In this document: positions 48,067-57,162 of the stretch, in pieces
Position numbering within the stretch: the stretch's first letter is position 1
How the letters are laid out: each line of letters starts with the position of its first letter
DNA from: an uncultured Chloroflexia bacterium
Lineage (GTDB): Bacteria; Chloroflexota; Dehalococcoidia; Dehalococcoidales; UBA2162
Reading direction: 5' to 3'
Assembly: GCA_963735055.1 (NCBI GenBank)
Contig: CAVTJN010000019.1
Location: 329,547 to 393,546 of the forward strand
Length of the DNA stretch: 64,000 bases
Translations under genes and position numbers: made by a program
Notes under the pieces: model-generated
What the model saw: only the letters and a program-made list of their open reading frames with translations
What the model was told of the DNA's origin: nothing
Database searches by the model: none

Positions 48067-49011
48067 ATGGCAGTTGAAATTCCGAAAACGGCTTATACCG
48101 GCAAAATAAAACAGGTCGTCCTCGGCACGGGCCCCGGGGCCGTCACCGTGGGTGGCGAAACCGCGTACCCATTCTACCTCTTTGAAGGTCAGATGCCGAA
48201 CGTGCCGAAGATCGCCATGGAAGTCTGGGACTGCCCCCCGGAAGACTGGGCGGAAGCGGCCCTGCTGCCCTTCACCGGAGTAACCGACAACCCGGTTGCC
48301 TGGGCCAAGAAATGCATTCTCGACTACAAAGCCGAGATGATTTGCCTTCAGCTCATCAGCACCGACCCCAACGGCCTCAATCGCGGCGCCGAGGAAGCGG
48401 CACAATTGGTTAAGACGGTAGCTGACGCCATCTCGGTGCCCCTGATCGTCTGGGGAACGGCTAACCATGACAAGGACACCGAGGTGTTGAGAAGGGTTAG
48501 CGAACTGTGCCAGGGCAAGAGCCTGATTCTGGGACCGGTAGAAGAAGGAGATCACAAGCGGATTGGAGCGGCGGCCATGGCCTACAAGCACACCATCGCC
48601 GCGTCGACGCCAATCGACATCAACCTGGCCAAGCAATTGAATATCCTGTTGGGCAATCTGGGAGTACCAGATCAGCAAATCGTGGTCGACCCGACCGTGA
48701 GCGGCATCGGCTATGGCATCGAGTACTGCTACTCCGTCATGGAACGGATGAGAATGGCGGGGCTTGCCCAACAGGACGAGAAGCTACAATTCCCGATCAT
48801 CTGCAACATCTCAAAAGAGGTGTGGAAAACCAAAGAAGCCAAGATCGCGGCGAGCGAAGACCCCAAGATGGGCGATGCCTCCAAGCGAGGCATTCTGCTG
48901 GAGGCAATGTCGGCAATGTCGCTGCTCCTGGCGGGCGCCGACGTCCTGGTGATGCGGCATCCCGAGGCAATTAGACTAATTAGAGAGATGATAGCCGAGC
49001 TATCGTCATAA
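48067..49011 (+). CDS. acsD: Corrinoid/Fe-S protein small (delta) subunit
   Basis: 314 aa. TIM-barrel-type sequence adjacent to cooS/acsB/acsC. Confidence 0.8.
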   Translation: MAVEIPKTAYTGKIKQVVLGTGPGAVTVGGETAYPFYLFEGQMPNVPKIAMEVWDCPPEDWAEAALLPFTGVTDNPVAWAKKCILDYKAEMICLQLISTDPNGLNRGAEEAAQLVKTVADAISVPLIVWGTANHDKDTEVLRRVSELCQGKSLILGPVEEGDHKRIGAAAMAYKHTIAASTPIDINLAKQLNILLGNLGVPDQQIVVDPTVSGIGYGIEYCYSVMERMRMAGLAQQDEKLQFPIICNISKEVWKTKEAKIAASEDPKMGDASKRGILLEAMSAMSLLLAGADVLVMRHPEAIRLIREMIAELSS

Positions 49012-49026
49012 CTGGAGGTTGGAACG

Positions 49027-50995
49027 TTGGCGGACAAAGAGATTAAGAGCATAGACCAGGCCACTCTCGAGATGATCGAGAAGGCCAAAGAGGAAGGAGT
49101 CCTGAACGTCTTCGAGCGGGCGGAACGCATCAGGGCGTGCCCGATAGGACAAGAAGGCAGTTGCTGCGCCGTCTGCGCCATGGGACCATGCCGAGTGATG
49201 TTACCCAAGGGCAAGACCGAAACGCCCGATGAGAAGCGCAGGCGGACCGGTGTCTGCGGAGCCACCCCAGAAACAATCGCGGCCCGTAACCTGGTCCGCA
49301 AGATGGCGGTGGGGACGGCTTCACACGGCGACCACGGCCGCGAGGTAACCAAGATATTCCTCAAGGTAGCCCGCGGGGAAATCAAGGACTTCGAGATAAA
49401 GGACGAGCAGAAGCTGCTTCAACTGGCATTGGAGCTCGGCGTCAAGATCGGGGACCGGACGAACAACGAAATCGCCGTGGACGTCGGCGAACTGCTCCTG
49501 AAGGAATTCGGCAAACAGGAAGGAGAACTGGTCTTCCTGAAACGCGCTCCGCTAAAGCGGCAGGAATTGTGGCGTAAGCTGGGGGTCGCTCCGCGTGGAA
49601 TCGACATGGAAGTGTCGGAAGCGCTGCACCGCACCCACATGGGCATCGACCAGGACTACCACTCACCTGATGGACTCCGGCACCCGGGTCTCTCTGGCCG
49701 ACGGATGGGGCGGCAGCATGATCGCGACCGAACTCCAGGACATCCTGTTCGGCACGCCTTCACCGGTAGCCAGCCAGATCAATCTGGGAACGCTCAAAGA
49801 GGACGAGGTAAACCTGATCATCCACGGTCACGAACCTTATCTGGCCGAAATTCTTACCGTGGCGAGCCAGGACCCGGAGATGATTGCCTACGCCAAATCC
49901 AAGGGGGCGAAAGGAATCAACCTGGCCGGGATGTGTTGCACCGCCAACGAGATTCTGATGCGACACGGCATTCCCATTGCCGGCAACTTCCTGCAGCAGG
50001 AGCTGGCAATTGTAACCGGCGCTCTCGAAGGGATCGTGGTTGATGTCCAGTGCATCATGCAGGGACTAGCCGATGTCGCTAGCTGTTACCACACCAAGGT
50101 GATTACCACCGACCCGAGGGTGCACATTCAGGGCGCTACTCACATGGAATTCGACCCAAACCGGGCGATGGAGACCGCCAAAGAGGTACTCAGGGCCGTC
50201 ATCGACAACTACCCGAACCGAGGTAAGAACGTCCGCATTCCGAAGCAGAAGACGGACCTCATCGCCGGTTTTTCGCACGAAACGATCAACTATTTGCTGG
50301 GCGGGCTGTTCCGCTCATCCTACCGGCCCTTGAATGACAACATCATCAACGGTCGAATCAGGGGAGTCGCCGGCGTAGTGGGCTGCAACAATGCCCGGGC
50401 CAACCATGACAACAATCACGTCACGCTGGTGAAAGAGCTGATAAAGAACGACGTGCTGGTCCTCGAGACCGGTTGCGCCGCCATGGCTTGCGCGAAGGCC
50501 GGCCTGATGGTCCCCGAGGCGGCCAGAGAATTCGCCGGTCCCGGTCTGACCGAAGTCTGCGAAGCAGTAGGCATTCCGCCGGTGCTTCACATGGGCGCCT
50601 GTATCGACAATTCGCGCATCCTGGTGGCAGCTACGGCCATGGTCAAGGACGGCGGACTCGGCGATGACATCAGCGACCTGCCGGCGTGCGGCGCTGCCCC
50701 CGAATGGATGAGTGAGAAGGCGCTGGCCATCGGCCAATACTTTGTGGCGTCAGGCGTGTATACCATCTTCGGTGTCAACTGGCCAACAACTGGAAACCAG
50801 GAAGTCACCGACTACCTCTTTAAGGACTACGAGGCGATATATGGTGGCAAGTGGGCGTTCGAGCCTGACCCGATCAAGATGGCTAAGATGATGATCGATC
50901 ACATAGACAAGAAGCGCAAGGCCCTCGGTTTGGACAAGGCCAGAGAACGGGTCCTCTATGACATGGCGATGCGTCGGGAGTTGGAGAAGGAATAG
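49027..50995 (+). pseudogene. cooS: Ni-CODH catalytic subunit (CooS/AcsA) interrupted by one +1 frameshift
   Basis: ORF 49027..50043 (..CPIGQEGSCCAVCAMGPCRV..HRTHMGIDQDYHS) continues in ORF 49595..50995 (LMDSGTRVSLADGWGGSMIATE..) after one extra C at ~49663-49666 (CAC TCA C CTG ATG). Confidence 0.8.
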
Positions 50996-51028
50996 TCCGG
51001 CATCTGAAATACAGCGGAGGCTTGAATA

Positions 51029-53236
51029 ATGTCAAAAATAATCGCGTCAGCGGCAATTCGAGGGGCCCACAAGATAGTGGACCGGGCTGAGAAGAAGTGG
51101 CAGGACGCTATGGACAAGTGGGGGGCCAAGGAACCCGTCGGTTTCCCCAACACGGCGTACTACCTGCCTGTCATCTACGGTATCCTTGGCATGAAAGTGG
51201 AGAAGCTCGGCGACATGGAAGCCGTACTAAAGAAGACCCGGGCGATACTCCCGCCGCCGGTAAGAGAGACTCACCCGTTGCCCTACCTGGCGCCGGCACT
51301 CGACGCAGGCATGGCGACCCTTTTCGCTGAGGAGATAATTGAAGCTATCAGGTACCTGGAGACTCCAAACTTCTACACTAAGACGGAGGACCCGACCGAT
51401 GAGAACATCTGGCTGGGCGCGGCCGATGACATTATTCTGAGAAAGCGCGGTATTGAGTTCGTCGATGGTACGGCCCCCGGGTTTGCCGCCGTCCTCGGCG
51501 CCGCTCCCACCAAAGAAATCGCGGCCAAGATCGCCCAGGAACTGCAACAGAAGAACCTCTATGTCTTCATGTCAGCCGAGTACAACGGCAAGCGCTTTGC
51601 AGAGCAGCTTGTCGAAGCCGGTGTCCAGATCGGCTGGCCGACCCGCCTGGTTTCATTTGGCCCGGACGTATCGGCGACTGTCTTCGCCATGGGTTTTGCC
51701 ACCCGCGCCGCGCTATCCTTCGGCGGCATCGAGCCAGGCAACTTCCGTAACGTCCTCATCTACAACAAGGACCGTGTCTTTGCGTTCGCCTTGCCGATGG
51801 GCTACGTAACCGACGAGTGGTACGCCAACGCCGCCGGAGCCATCAACTTCGGCTTCCCGGTGATTGCCGACAGTCCGATCCCCGAGGTACTGCCCACCGG
51901 AATATGCACTTACGAGCATGTGGTTTCGAATATCGCCCACGACAAGATGGTGGCCAAGGCAATAGAAGTCCGGGGTCTTAAGGTCAACGTGGCCGCGGTC
52001 CCGATTCCGGTGGCCTTTGGCGCTGCTTTCGAAGGCGAAAGGGTGCGAGGCGAAGACATCTACCTCGAAGCCGGCGGCGGCCGGACAAAGATGGTGGAAT
52101 GGGTTACCAGCAAGCGCATGGACGAGGTCGAGGACGGCCGGGTCGAGCTCATCGGGCCGGATCTCACGGACATCAAGCCGGGGTCGAGACTACCCATGGC
52201 CATTACCGTAGAAGTCGCCGGCCGGGACATGCAGGAGGACTACGAGCCCATTCTGGAACGCCAGATTCACCACCTCATCAACTACATCCAGGGCGTGATG
52301 CACATCGGCCAGCGTGATATCGCCTGGATCCGGGTGAGTAAGCAGGCCATGGACAAGGGTTTCCGGCTGAAGCACATCGGAACGGTCCTTCACGCCAAAC
52401 TGCACCAAGACTTCGGCAGGATATTCGATAAGCTTCAGGTGAAGTTATACACAAATGAAGAAGACGTCAAGGTCATCGTCGACAAGGCCCGCGATGTCTA
52501 TCACACGAGAGATGCCCGCATCGAGGGCATGACGGACGAGGGCGTTGAGACCTACTACTCATGTACGCTGTGTCAATCGTTTGCCCCCAGTCACGTCTGC
52601 GTCATCAGCCCGGAGCGGACCGGTCTGTGCGGCTCTTACAACTGGATGGACTGCAAAGCGTCGTTTGAGATCAATCCCACCGGTCCGAACCAGCCGGTGG
52701 TCAAGGCCGGGGTAATTGACGGCAAGCTCGGGCAATGGCAAGGAGTTAACGATTTCGTCTTCAAGGCATCCCGGGGCAAGATCGACCATTACAACTTCTA
52801 CAGCATCGTCAACGACCCGATGACCACCTGCGGTTGCTGCGAATGCATCGCGGCCGTTCTCCCAATGTGCAACGGAGTGATGACCGTAAACCGGGAGTAT
52901 ACCGGAGAAACGCCGTCGGGCATGAAATTCACCACCTTGGCAGGAACCATCGGGGGCGGACTGAGCACGCCCGGCTTCGTCGGCCACGGCAAGTACAACA
53001 CCACTCAGCGCAAATATCTTGCCGGTGACGGTGGACTGCTGCGGATGGTCTGGATGCCCAAGAGCCTCAAGGAAGAATTAGGTGATCGATTCAAGGCAAG
53101 GGCGGCCGAACTAGGCGTACCCAACCTTATGGACATGATCGCTGACGAGACGGTTGGCACGACCGAAGACGCCATTCTTCCCTTCCTCCAAGAAAAGGGT
53201 CATCCGGCGCTCACCATGCCATCGCTACTGGGTTAG
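51029..53236 (+). CDS. acsB: CO-methylating acetyl-CoA synthase (ACS) subunit
   Basis: 735 aa. A-cluster region reads ..YYSCTLCQSFAPSHVCVISPERTGLCG..TTCGCCE.. Confidence 0.9.
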   Translation: MSKIIASAAIRGAHKIVDRAEKKWQDAMDKWGAKEPVGFPNTAYYLPVIYGILGMKVEKLGDMEAVLKKTRAILPPPVRETHPLPYLAPALDAGMATLFAEEIIEAIRYLETPNFYTKTEDPTDENIWLGAADDIILRKRGIEFVDGTAPGFAAVLGAAPTKEIAAKIAQELQQKNLYVFMSAEYNGKRFAEQLVEAGVQIGWPTRLVSFGPDVSATVFAMGFATRAALSFGGIEPGNFRNVLIYNKDRVFAFALPMGYVTDEWYANAAGAINFGFPVIADSPIPEVLPTGICTYEHVVSNIAHDKMVAKAIEVRGLKVNVAAVPIPVAFGAAFEGERVRGEDIYLEAGGGRTKMVEWVTSKRMDEVEDGRVELIGPDLTDIKPGSRLPMAITVEVAGRDMQEDYEPILERQIHHLINYIQGVMHIGQRDIAWIRVSKQAMDKGFRLKHIGTVLHAKLHQDFGRIFDKLQVKLYTNEEDVKVIVDKARDVYHTRDARIEGMTDEGVETYYSCTLCQSFAPSHVCVISPERTGLCGSYNWMDCKASFEINPTGPNQPVVKAGVIDGKLGQWQGVNDFVFKASRGKIDHYNFYSIVNDPMTTCGCCECIAAVLPMCNGVMTVNREYTGETPSGMKFTTLAGTIGGGLSTPGFVGHGKYNTTQRKYLAGDGGLLRMVWMPKSLKEELGDRFKARAAELGVPNLMDMIADETVGTTEDAILPFLQEKGHPALTMPSLLG

Positions 53237-53248
53237 CTGTAAGTCTCG

Positions 53249-53277
53249 TCGAGAGAGGGGCAGGGCCCCTCTCTCGA
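53249..53277 (+). promoter_or_regulatory. Intercistronic hairpin acsB|acsC
   Basis: 13-bp stem TCGAGAGAGGGGC-AGG-GCCCCTCTCTCGA. Confidence 0.4.
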
Positions 53278-53338
53278 GGTGTCGTCCGGGGAGCAGTGGT
53301 CGAGTCCACGCAATATCTCGAGAAGGAGTGACGGGAAC

Positions 53339-54685
53339 ATGCCACTAACGGGGATTGAAATATTTAAGCTGTTGCCGAAGACAAACTGCGGCGAATGCGG
53401 TGTGCCGACCTGCCTGGCGTTTGCGATGAACCTCGCCACCGGTAAGGCTGAGCTTGCCAAATGCGTCAAAGTATCCGAGGAAGCGAAGGCAAAGCTCCAG
53501 GAAGCATCGGCTCCGCCGATCAGACCGGTATCTATCGGTACCGGCAAGCGGGTGCTCAAAGTCGGTGGCGAGACCGTCATGTTCCGCCACGAGAAGCGAT
53601 TTGAGAATCCGACAGGCATTGCCGTTCTGGTAAAGGACACGATGCCTCAAGCTGAAATCGACGGTAGACTGGACCGGTTCAACCGGCTGCAGTACGAGAG
53701 GGTCGGCCTGACGCTGCGTCCCGACCTGGTCGCTGTGAAGGACGAATCCGGCGATGCCGGAACGTTTGCGGCGGCGGCTGCCAGGGTGAAGCAGGCGACC
53801 GATGCCGGTATGATTCTGATGAGCACCAATGCCGATCGCTTGGAGGCCGCTCTTAAGGACTGTGCTGACCGCAAGCCTTTACTCTATGGCGCAAACAAAG
53901 AGAATGTGGAGAAGTTGGCTGGGCTGGCCAAGGCAAAAGGTTGTCCGGTGGGCGTGCAGGCTTCCAGCATAGATGAGATTGCCGAACTGACGGCCAAACT
54001 TACGCAAGCGGGAATAAACGATATAGTCATCGATTCCGGAGCGAGGACGGTGAAGAAGGCCTTCCAGGAGCAAGTCATGATCCGCAGTTCCGCTCTGGTG
54101 AAGAAATTCAGGCCCCTTGGCTACCCCACGATCACTTTTCCGGCCGAGATGACCAATGATCCGCTGAAGGAAGCCGTCATCGCTTCGATGTTCGTGGCCA
54201 AGTACGGCGGCATCGTCGTCCTCTCTGACCTGCAGGGTGAGACCCTCTTTCCACTAGCCGTCCAGCGGTTGAACATCTTCACTGACCCGCAGCGTCCGCT
54301 GGCAACCACCGCTGGAATCTACGAAATTGGCGGACCCACTGAGAATTCGCCGGTCCTAATCACAAGCAACTTCTCGTTGACCTACTTCATCGTGTCGGGC
54401 GAAATCGAAAACAGCAAAGTCCCCACCTGGTTACTGGTTATGGACACCGAGGGCTTATCGGTGATGACGGCGTGGGCCGCCGGCAAGTTCGTCGCCGACG
54501 CCATCGCGCCCTTCGTGAAGAAGTCCGGGATCGGCGACAAGGTCAAACACCGCAAGCTCGTCATACCCGGTTACGCGGCGGTCGAGGCCGGGGGTCTTGA
54601 AGAAGAACTCGCCGGATGGCAGATACTGGTCGGGCCCCGGGACGGCGCTCATATACCGGCCTACCTGAAAGCATGGAAACCGTAG
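53339..54685 (+). CDS. acsC: Corrinoid/Fe-S protein large (gamma) subunit
   Basis: MPLTGIEIFKLLPKTNCGECGVPTCLAFA ([4Fe-4S] motif). ATG after AAGGAG. Confidence 0.9.
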   Translation: MPLTGIEIFKLLPKTNCGECGVPTCLAFAMNLATGKAELAKCVKVSEEAKAKLQEASAPPIRPVSIGTGKRVLKVGGETVMFRHEKRFENPTGIAVLVKDTMPQAEIDGRLDRFNRLQYERVGLTLRPDLVAVKDESGDAGTFAAAAARVKQATDAGMILMSTNADRLEAALKDCADRKPLLYGANKENVEKLAGLAKAKGCPVGVQASSIDEIAELTAKLTQAGINDIVIDSGARTVKKAFQEQVMIRSSALVKKFRPLGYPTITFPAEMTNDPLKEAVIASMFVAKYGGIVVLSDLQGETLFPLAVQRLNIFTDPQRPLATTAGIYEIGGPTENSPVLITSNFSLTYFIVSGEIENSKVPTWLLVMDTEGLSVMTAWAAGKFVADAIAPFVKKSGIGDKVKHRKLVIPGYAAVEAGGLEEELAGWQILVGPRDGAHIPAYLKAWKP

Positions 54686-54695
54686 GGAGGGAAGA

Positions 54696-55574
54696 ATGAT
54701 CCTTATCGGCGAAAACATCAATATCATGTCCAAGACGATCGGCCCGGCCATGCGCGAGCGGAACGCGAAGCCGATCCAGGAACTCGCCGTGGCCGAGACC
54801 AAGGCGGGAATCGACTACCTTGACCTTAATATCGGTCCGGCCCGCAAACTCGGCGATGAGATGATGAGATGGGTTGTCGAGACCGTTCAGTCCGTATCCG
54901 GAAAGTCGATTTCTCTGGACACCACCAATCCGGTGGCGATGGAGGCGGGCCTCAGAGCCTACAAAGGCAAGGCCCTGATCAATTCCATCTCGCTTCAGCC
55001 GGATAGACTCAATTCCGAGCTTCCGCTGGTCCGAAAATACAATGCGGACATGATCGGGCTCCTATGGGGCGTGGATGGAATGCCACGCGATGCCAATGAG
55101 AGATGCGCGATGGCCGTCGACCTGGTATACAAAGCCAACGAAGCTGGTGTCCCCAACGAGAACATCTGGGTCGACCCTATTGTAAGCCCGATATCGGTTG
55201 AGATAAACCAGGTCAAATCATGCGTCGAGTTCATGACCATGCTGGGCGAGATTTGCCCCGGCTGCAAGAGCACGGTTGGCCTGTCCAACATCTCCAACGG
55301 AACCCCAGACAAGCTACGGCCGGTACTGAACCGCACCTATATGATAATGCTGATGCGGTACGGTCTGTACTCCGCAATCGTGGACGCCTTCGACAGTGAT
55401 CTGGTCAAGATTGCCCGCGGGGAACGGCCCGATATTGTGGACCTCGTCCACCGGGTAATGGACGGGGAGAACCCGAACCTGGCCGCACTCACCAAGGAAC
55501 AGGCGGACTACGTCAAGACGGTCAAAGTGCTGAAGGGAGACACGCTGTATTCCCACTCCTGGCTTGAGGTATGA
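54696..55574 (+). CDS. acsE: Methyl-THF:corrinoid/Fe-S protein methyltransferase
   Basis: MILIGENINIMS..GIDYLDLNIGP.. pterin-binding barrel. Confidence 0.85.
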   Translation: MILIGENINIMSKTIGPAMRERNAKPIQELAVAETKAGIDYLDLNIGPARKLGDEMMRWVVETVQSVSGKSISLDTTNPVAMEAGLRAYKGKALINSISLQPDRLNSELPLVRKYNADMIGLLWGVDGMPRDANERCAMAVDLVYKANEAGVPNENIWVDPIVSPISVEINQVKSCVEFMTMLGEICPGCKSTVGLSNISNGTPDKLRPVLNRTYMIMLMRYGLYSAIVDAFDSDLVKIARGERPDIVDLVHRVMDGENPNLAALTKEQADYVKTVKVLKGDTLYSHSWLEV

Positions 55575-55593
55575 GGCAGCCTGACGGCTGCCT
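55574..55593 (+). terminator. Hairpin overlapping the acsE stop (no U-tract)
   Basis: AGGCAGCC-TGAC-GGCTGCCT. Confidence 0.3.
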
Positions 55594-55646
55594 ACCCATC
55601 CTTGCTCGAACGGCAGGCACTTTAAACAAAGTGACGATTGGACTTT

Positions 55647-55676
55647 AATAGGGGGGGGCAAGTGCCCCTCTCTATT
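55647..55676 (+). promoter_or_regulatory. Intercistronic hairpin acsE|DUF3786, related to the one at 53249
   Basis: AATAGGGGGGGGC-AAGT-GCCCCTCTCTATT. 13 bp when two G-U pairs are allowed, so it folds only as plus-strand RNA. Confidence 0.4.
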
Positions 55677-55722
55677 CATTTGCAGTCAAGACGCGCCAGC
55701 GGGCAGAAAGGAACGGTATCGA

Positions 55723-56379
55723 ATGGAGATTAGAAGGCTGTCTCCTCCCCAGGTGAAGGGATACGACAGGGCGTACGAGCTATCTTATCAACTGGCCTGC
55801 GAGAGACTGGCTGGAAACGTCGACATCGAGGATCAATGCCGCAAGGCGGGCGCAGCCCTCGAGGTAACCGGTTCACGACGAAAGATAGTCCTGCAATTCC
55901 TGGGCCGGCCGCATACGATTACCTTACCGGAGGTTGACATTGAGGTGCCCGGCGGCACCGACCCGGTGGTGCTTCGAGACAAGTTGCTGATCCTTCACTA
56001 TTTCAACACTGCCGGCGGCACGCCGCCCACCGGGCGACGGGTGACATTCAGAGAACTGCCGGCGGGTCCAGTCTACTTCCCGACTTTCACCAAGCGGGCC
56101 ATCAAGCCGATTGTTGATGCGTTCGGCAAAGAACCAGTCCGACTGGTGACGGCCGCCGGCAAGATGGGGACGATCCAGAGCGATCTTGGCGATGCGGCAA
56201 TAACAATCGACGCTTTTGCCCGCGTCCCCATAACATACGTCCTCTGGGCCGGCGATGAGGAGCTACCGCCCCAAGGGAACATACTTTACGATGCAAATGT
56301 GCCAGATTACCTTCCGACAGAGGACATCACCGTACTTACGGAATCCATTACCTGGAGACTGGTGCGATCGCTGGTCTGA
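55723..56379 (+). CDS. DUF3786-like protein
   Basis: ..LILHYFNTAGGTPPTGRRVTFRELPAGPVYFPTFTKRAI..ILYDANVPDYLPTEDITVL.. matches my recollection of the DUF3786 family pattern. Confidence 0.6.
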   Translation: MEIRRLSPPQVKGYDRAYELSYQLACERLAGNVDIEDQCRKAGAALEVTGSRRKIVLQFLGRPHTITLPEVDIEVPGGTDPVVLRDKLLILHYFNTAGGTPPTGRRVTFRELPAGPVYFPTFTKRAIKPIVDAFGKEPVRLVTAAGKMGTIQSDLGDAAITIDAFARVPITYVLWAGDEELPPQGNILYDANVPDYLPTEDITVLTESITWRLVRSLV

Positions 56380-56469
56380 AGCAGTGGCAGGATGCACCGT
56401 TCAGGAGAGGACCAAGTCGGCGAGAATGGCGCTGGAGGCGCCGCCTGATGCACTCGGAACACCACGAGA

Positions 56470-57162
56470 ATGCGCATGATCACCCGTATGAAAGCGACTT
56501 CGATTATCCTCTGTGGCGGTAGAGAACGCCGCTTCGGCAGTAACAAGGCGCTCGCGGTCGTCGACGGCAAGAGGGTAATTGACAGAGTCATCGATCAGCT
56601 CGCCCCGTTGTCCGGCCAGTTGCTGGTGGTCACATCGGCTGAGAAGTCCGACCTCCCCCTGGGAGACCGGGCGAAAATCGTAATCGACAAGTACGTCGGC
56701 AAAGGGCCGCTTGGTGGAATCTATTCCGGACTGGCCGGAGCCGACTTTCCACTGGCGATTGTGGTCGGGTGCGACATGCCTTTCGTCAACGGCCGACTAT
56801 TGAGGTACATGCTCGGTCTGGCTGATGGATTCGACGCCGTCATTCCCAGGCTCGATGAAGGCATGATCGAGCCCCTGCACGCGATCTACGCCCGGACATG
56901 TATGCCGCGAATGAAAGCTCGTCTGGAAAGCGACCAACTGTCGGTTTCGCAGTTGCTCCATGAGGTCAAGGTCAGGTACGTGGAAAAGGCAGAGTACTTG
57001 CCGTTCGACCCACAGTTGCTGTCCTTCTTCAATATCAACTACCCCTCCGACCTGGACCGCGCGAACGAGCTAGCCAGCGAGTCGAATTCCACTACTCTCG
57101 GACGGCAAGCGCATACCGCGCCACTTCGGACAGGACCTTCAAAGCCCTTCTCGGGCTCGTGA
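56470..57162 (+). CDS. mobA: Molybdenum cofactor guanylyltransferase
   Basis: ..SIILCGGRERRFGSNKAL..GPLGGIYSGL..GCDMPF.. The 3' tail overlaps the convergent gene by ~70 nt. Confidence 0.8.
   Translation: MRMITRMKATSIILCGGRERRFGSNKALAVVDGKRVIDRVIDQLAPLSGQLLVVTSAEKSDLPLGDRAKIVIDKYVGKGPLGGIYSGLAGADFPLAIVVGCDMPFVNGRLLRYMLGLADGFDAVIPRLDEGMIEPLHAIYARTCMPRMKARLESDQLSVSQLLHEVKVRYVEKAEYLPFDPQLLSFFNINYPSDLDRANELASESNSTTLGRQAHTAPLRTGPSKPFSGS

Noticed and set aside
21760-49670. Shared TC(R)CCTGA context at the nadA-2 and cooS frameshift sites as a programmed +1 recoding signal
   Set aside because: Only two of six sites share it, and the other sites have unrelated contexts. There is no nearby in-frame stop or rare codon of the kind used in known +1 sites such as prfB. 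Treated as coincidence pending genome-wide counts.
57092-57162. 71-nt overlap of the convergent mobA and acyl-CoA synthetase 3' ends as a functional antisense arrangement
   Set aside because: MobA homology ends about 30 codons before its stop, so the overlap is probably a non-conserved tail. Nothing else supports regulation.
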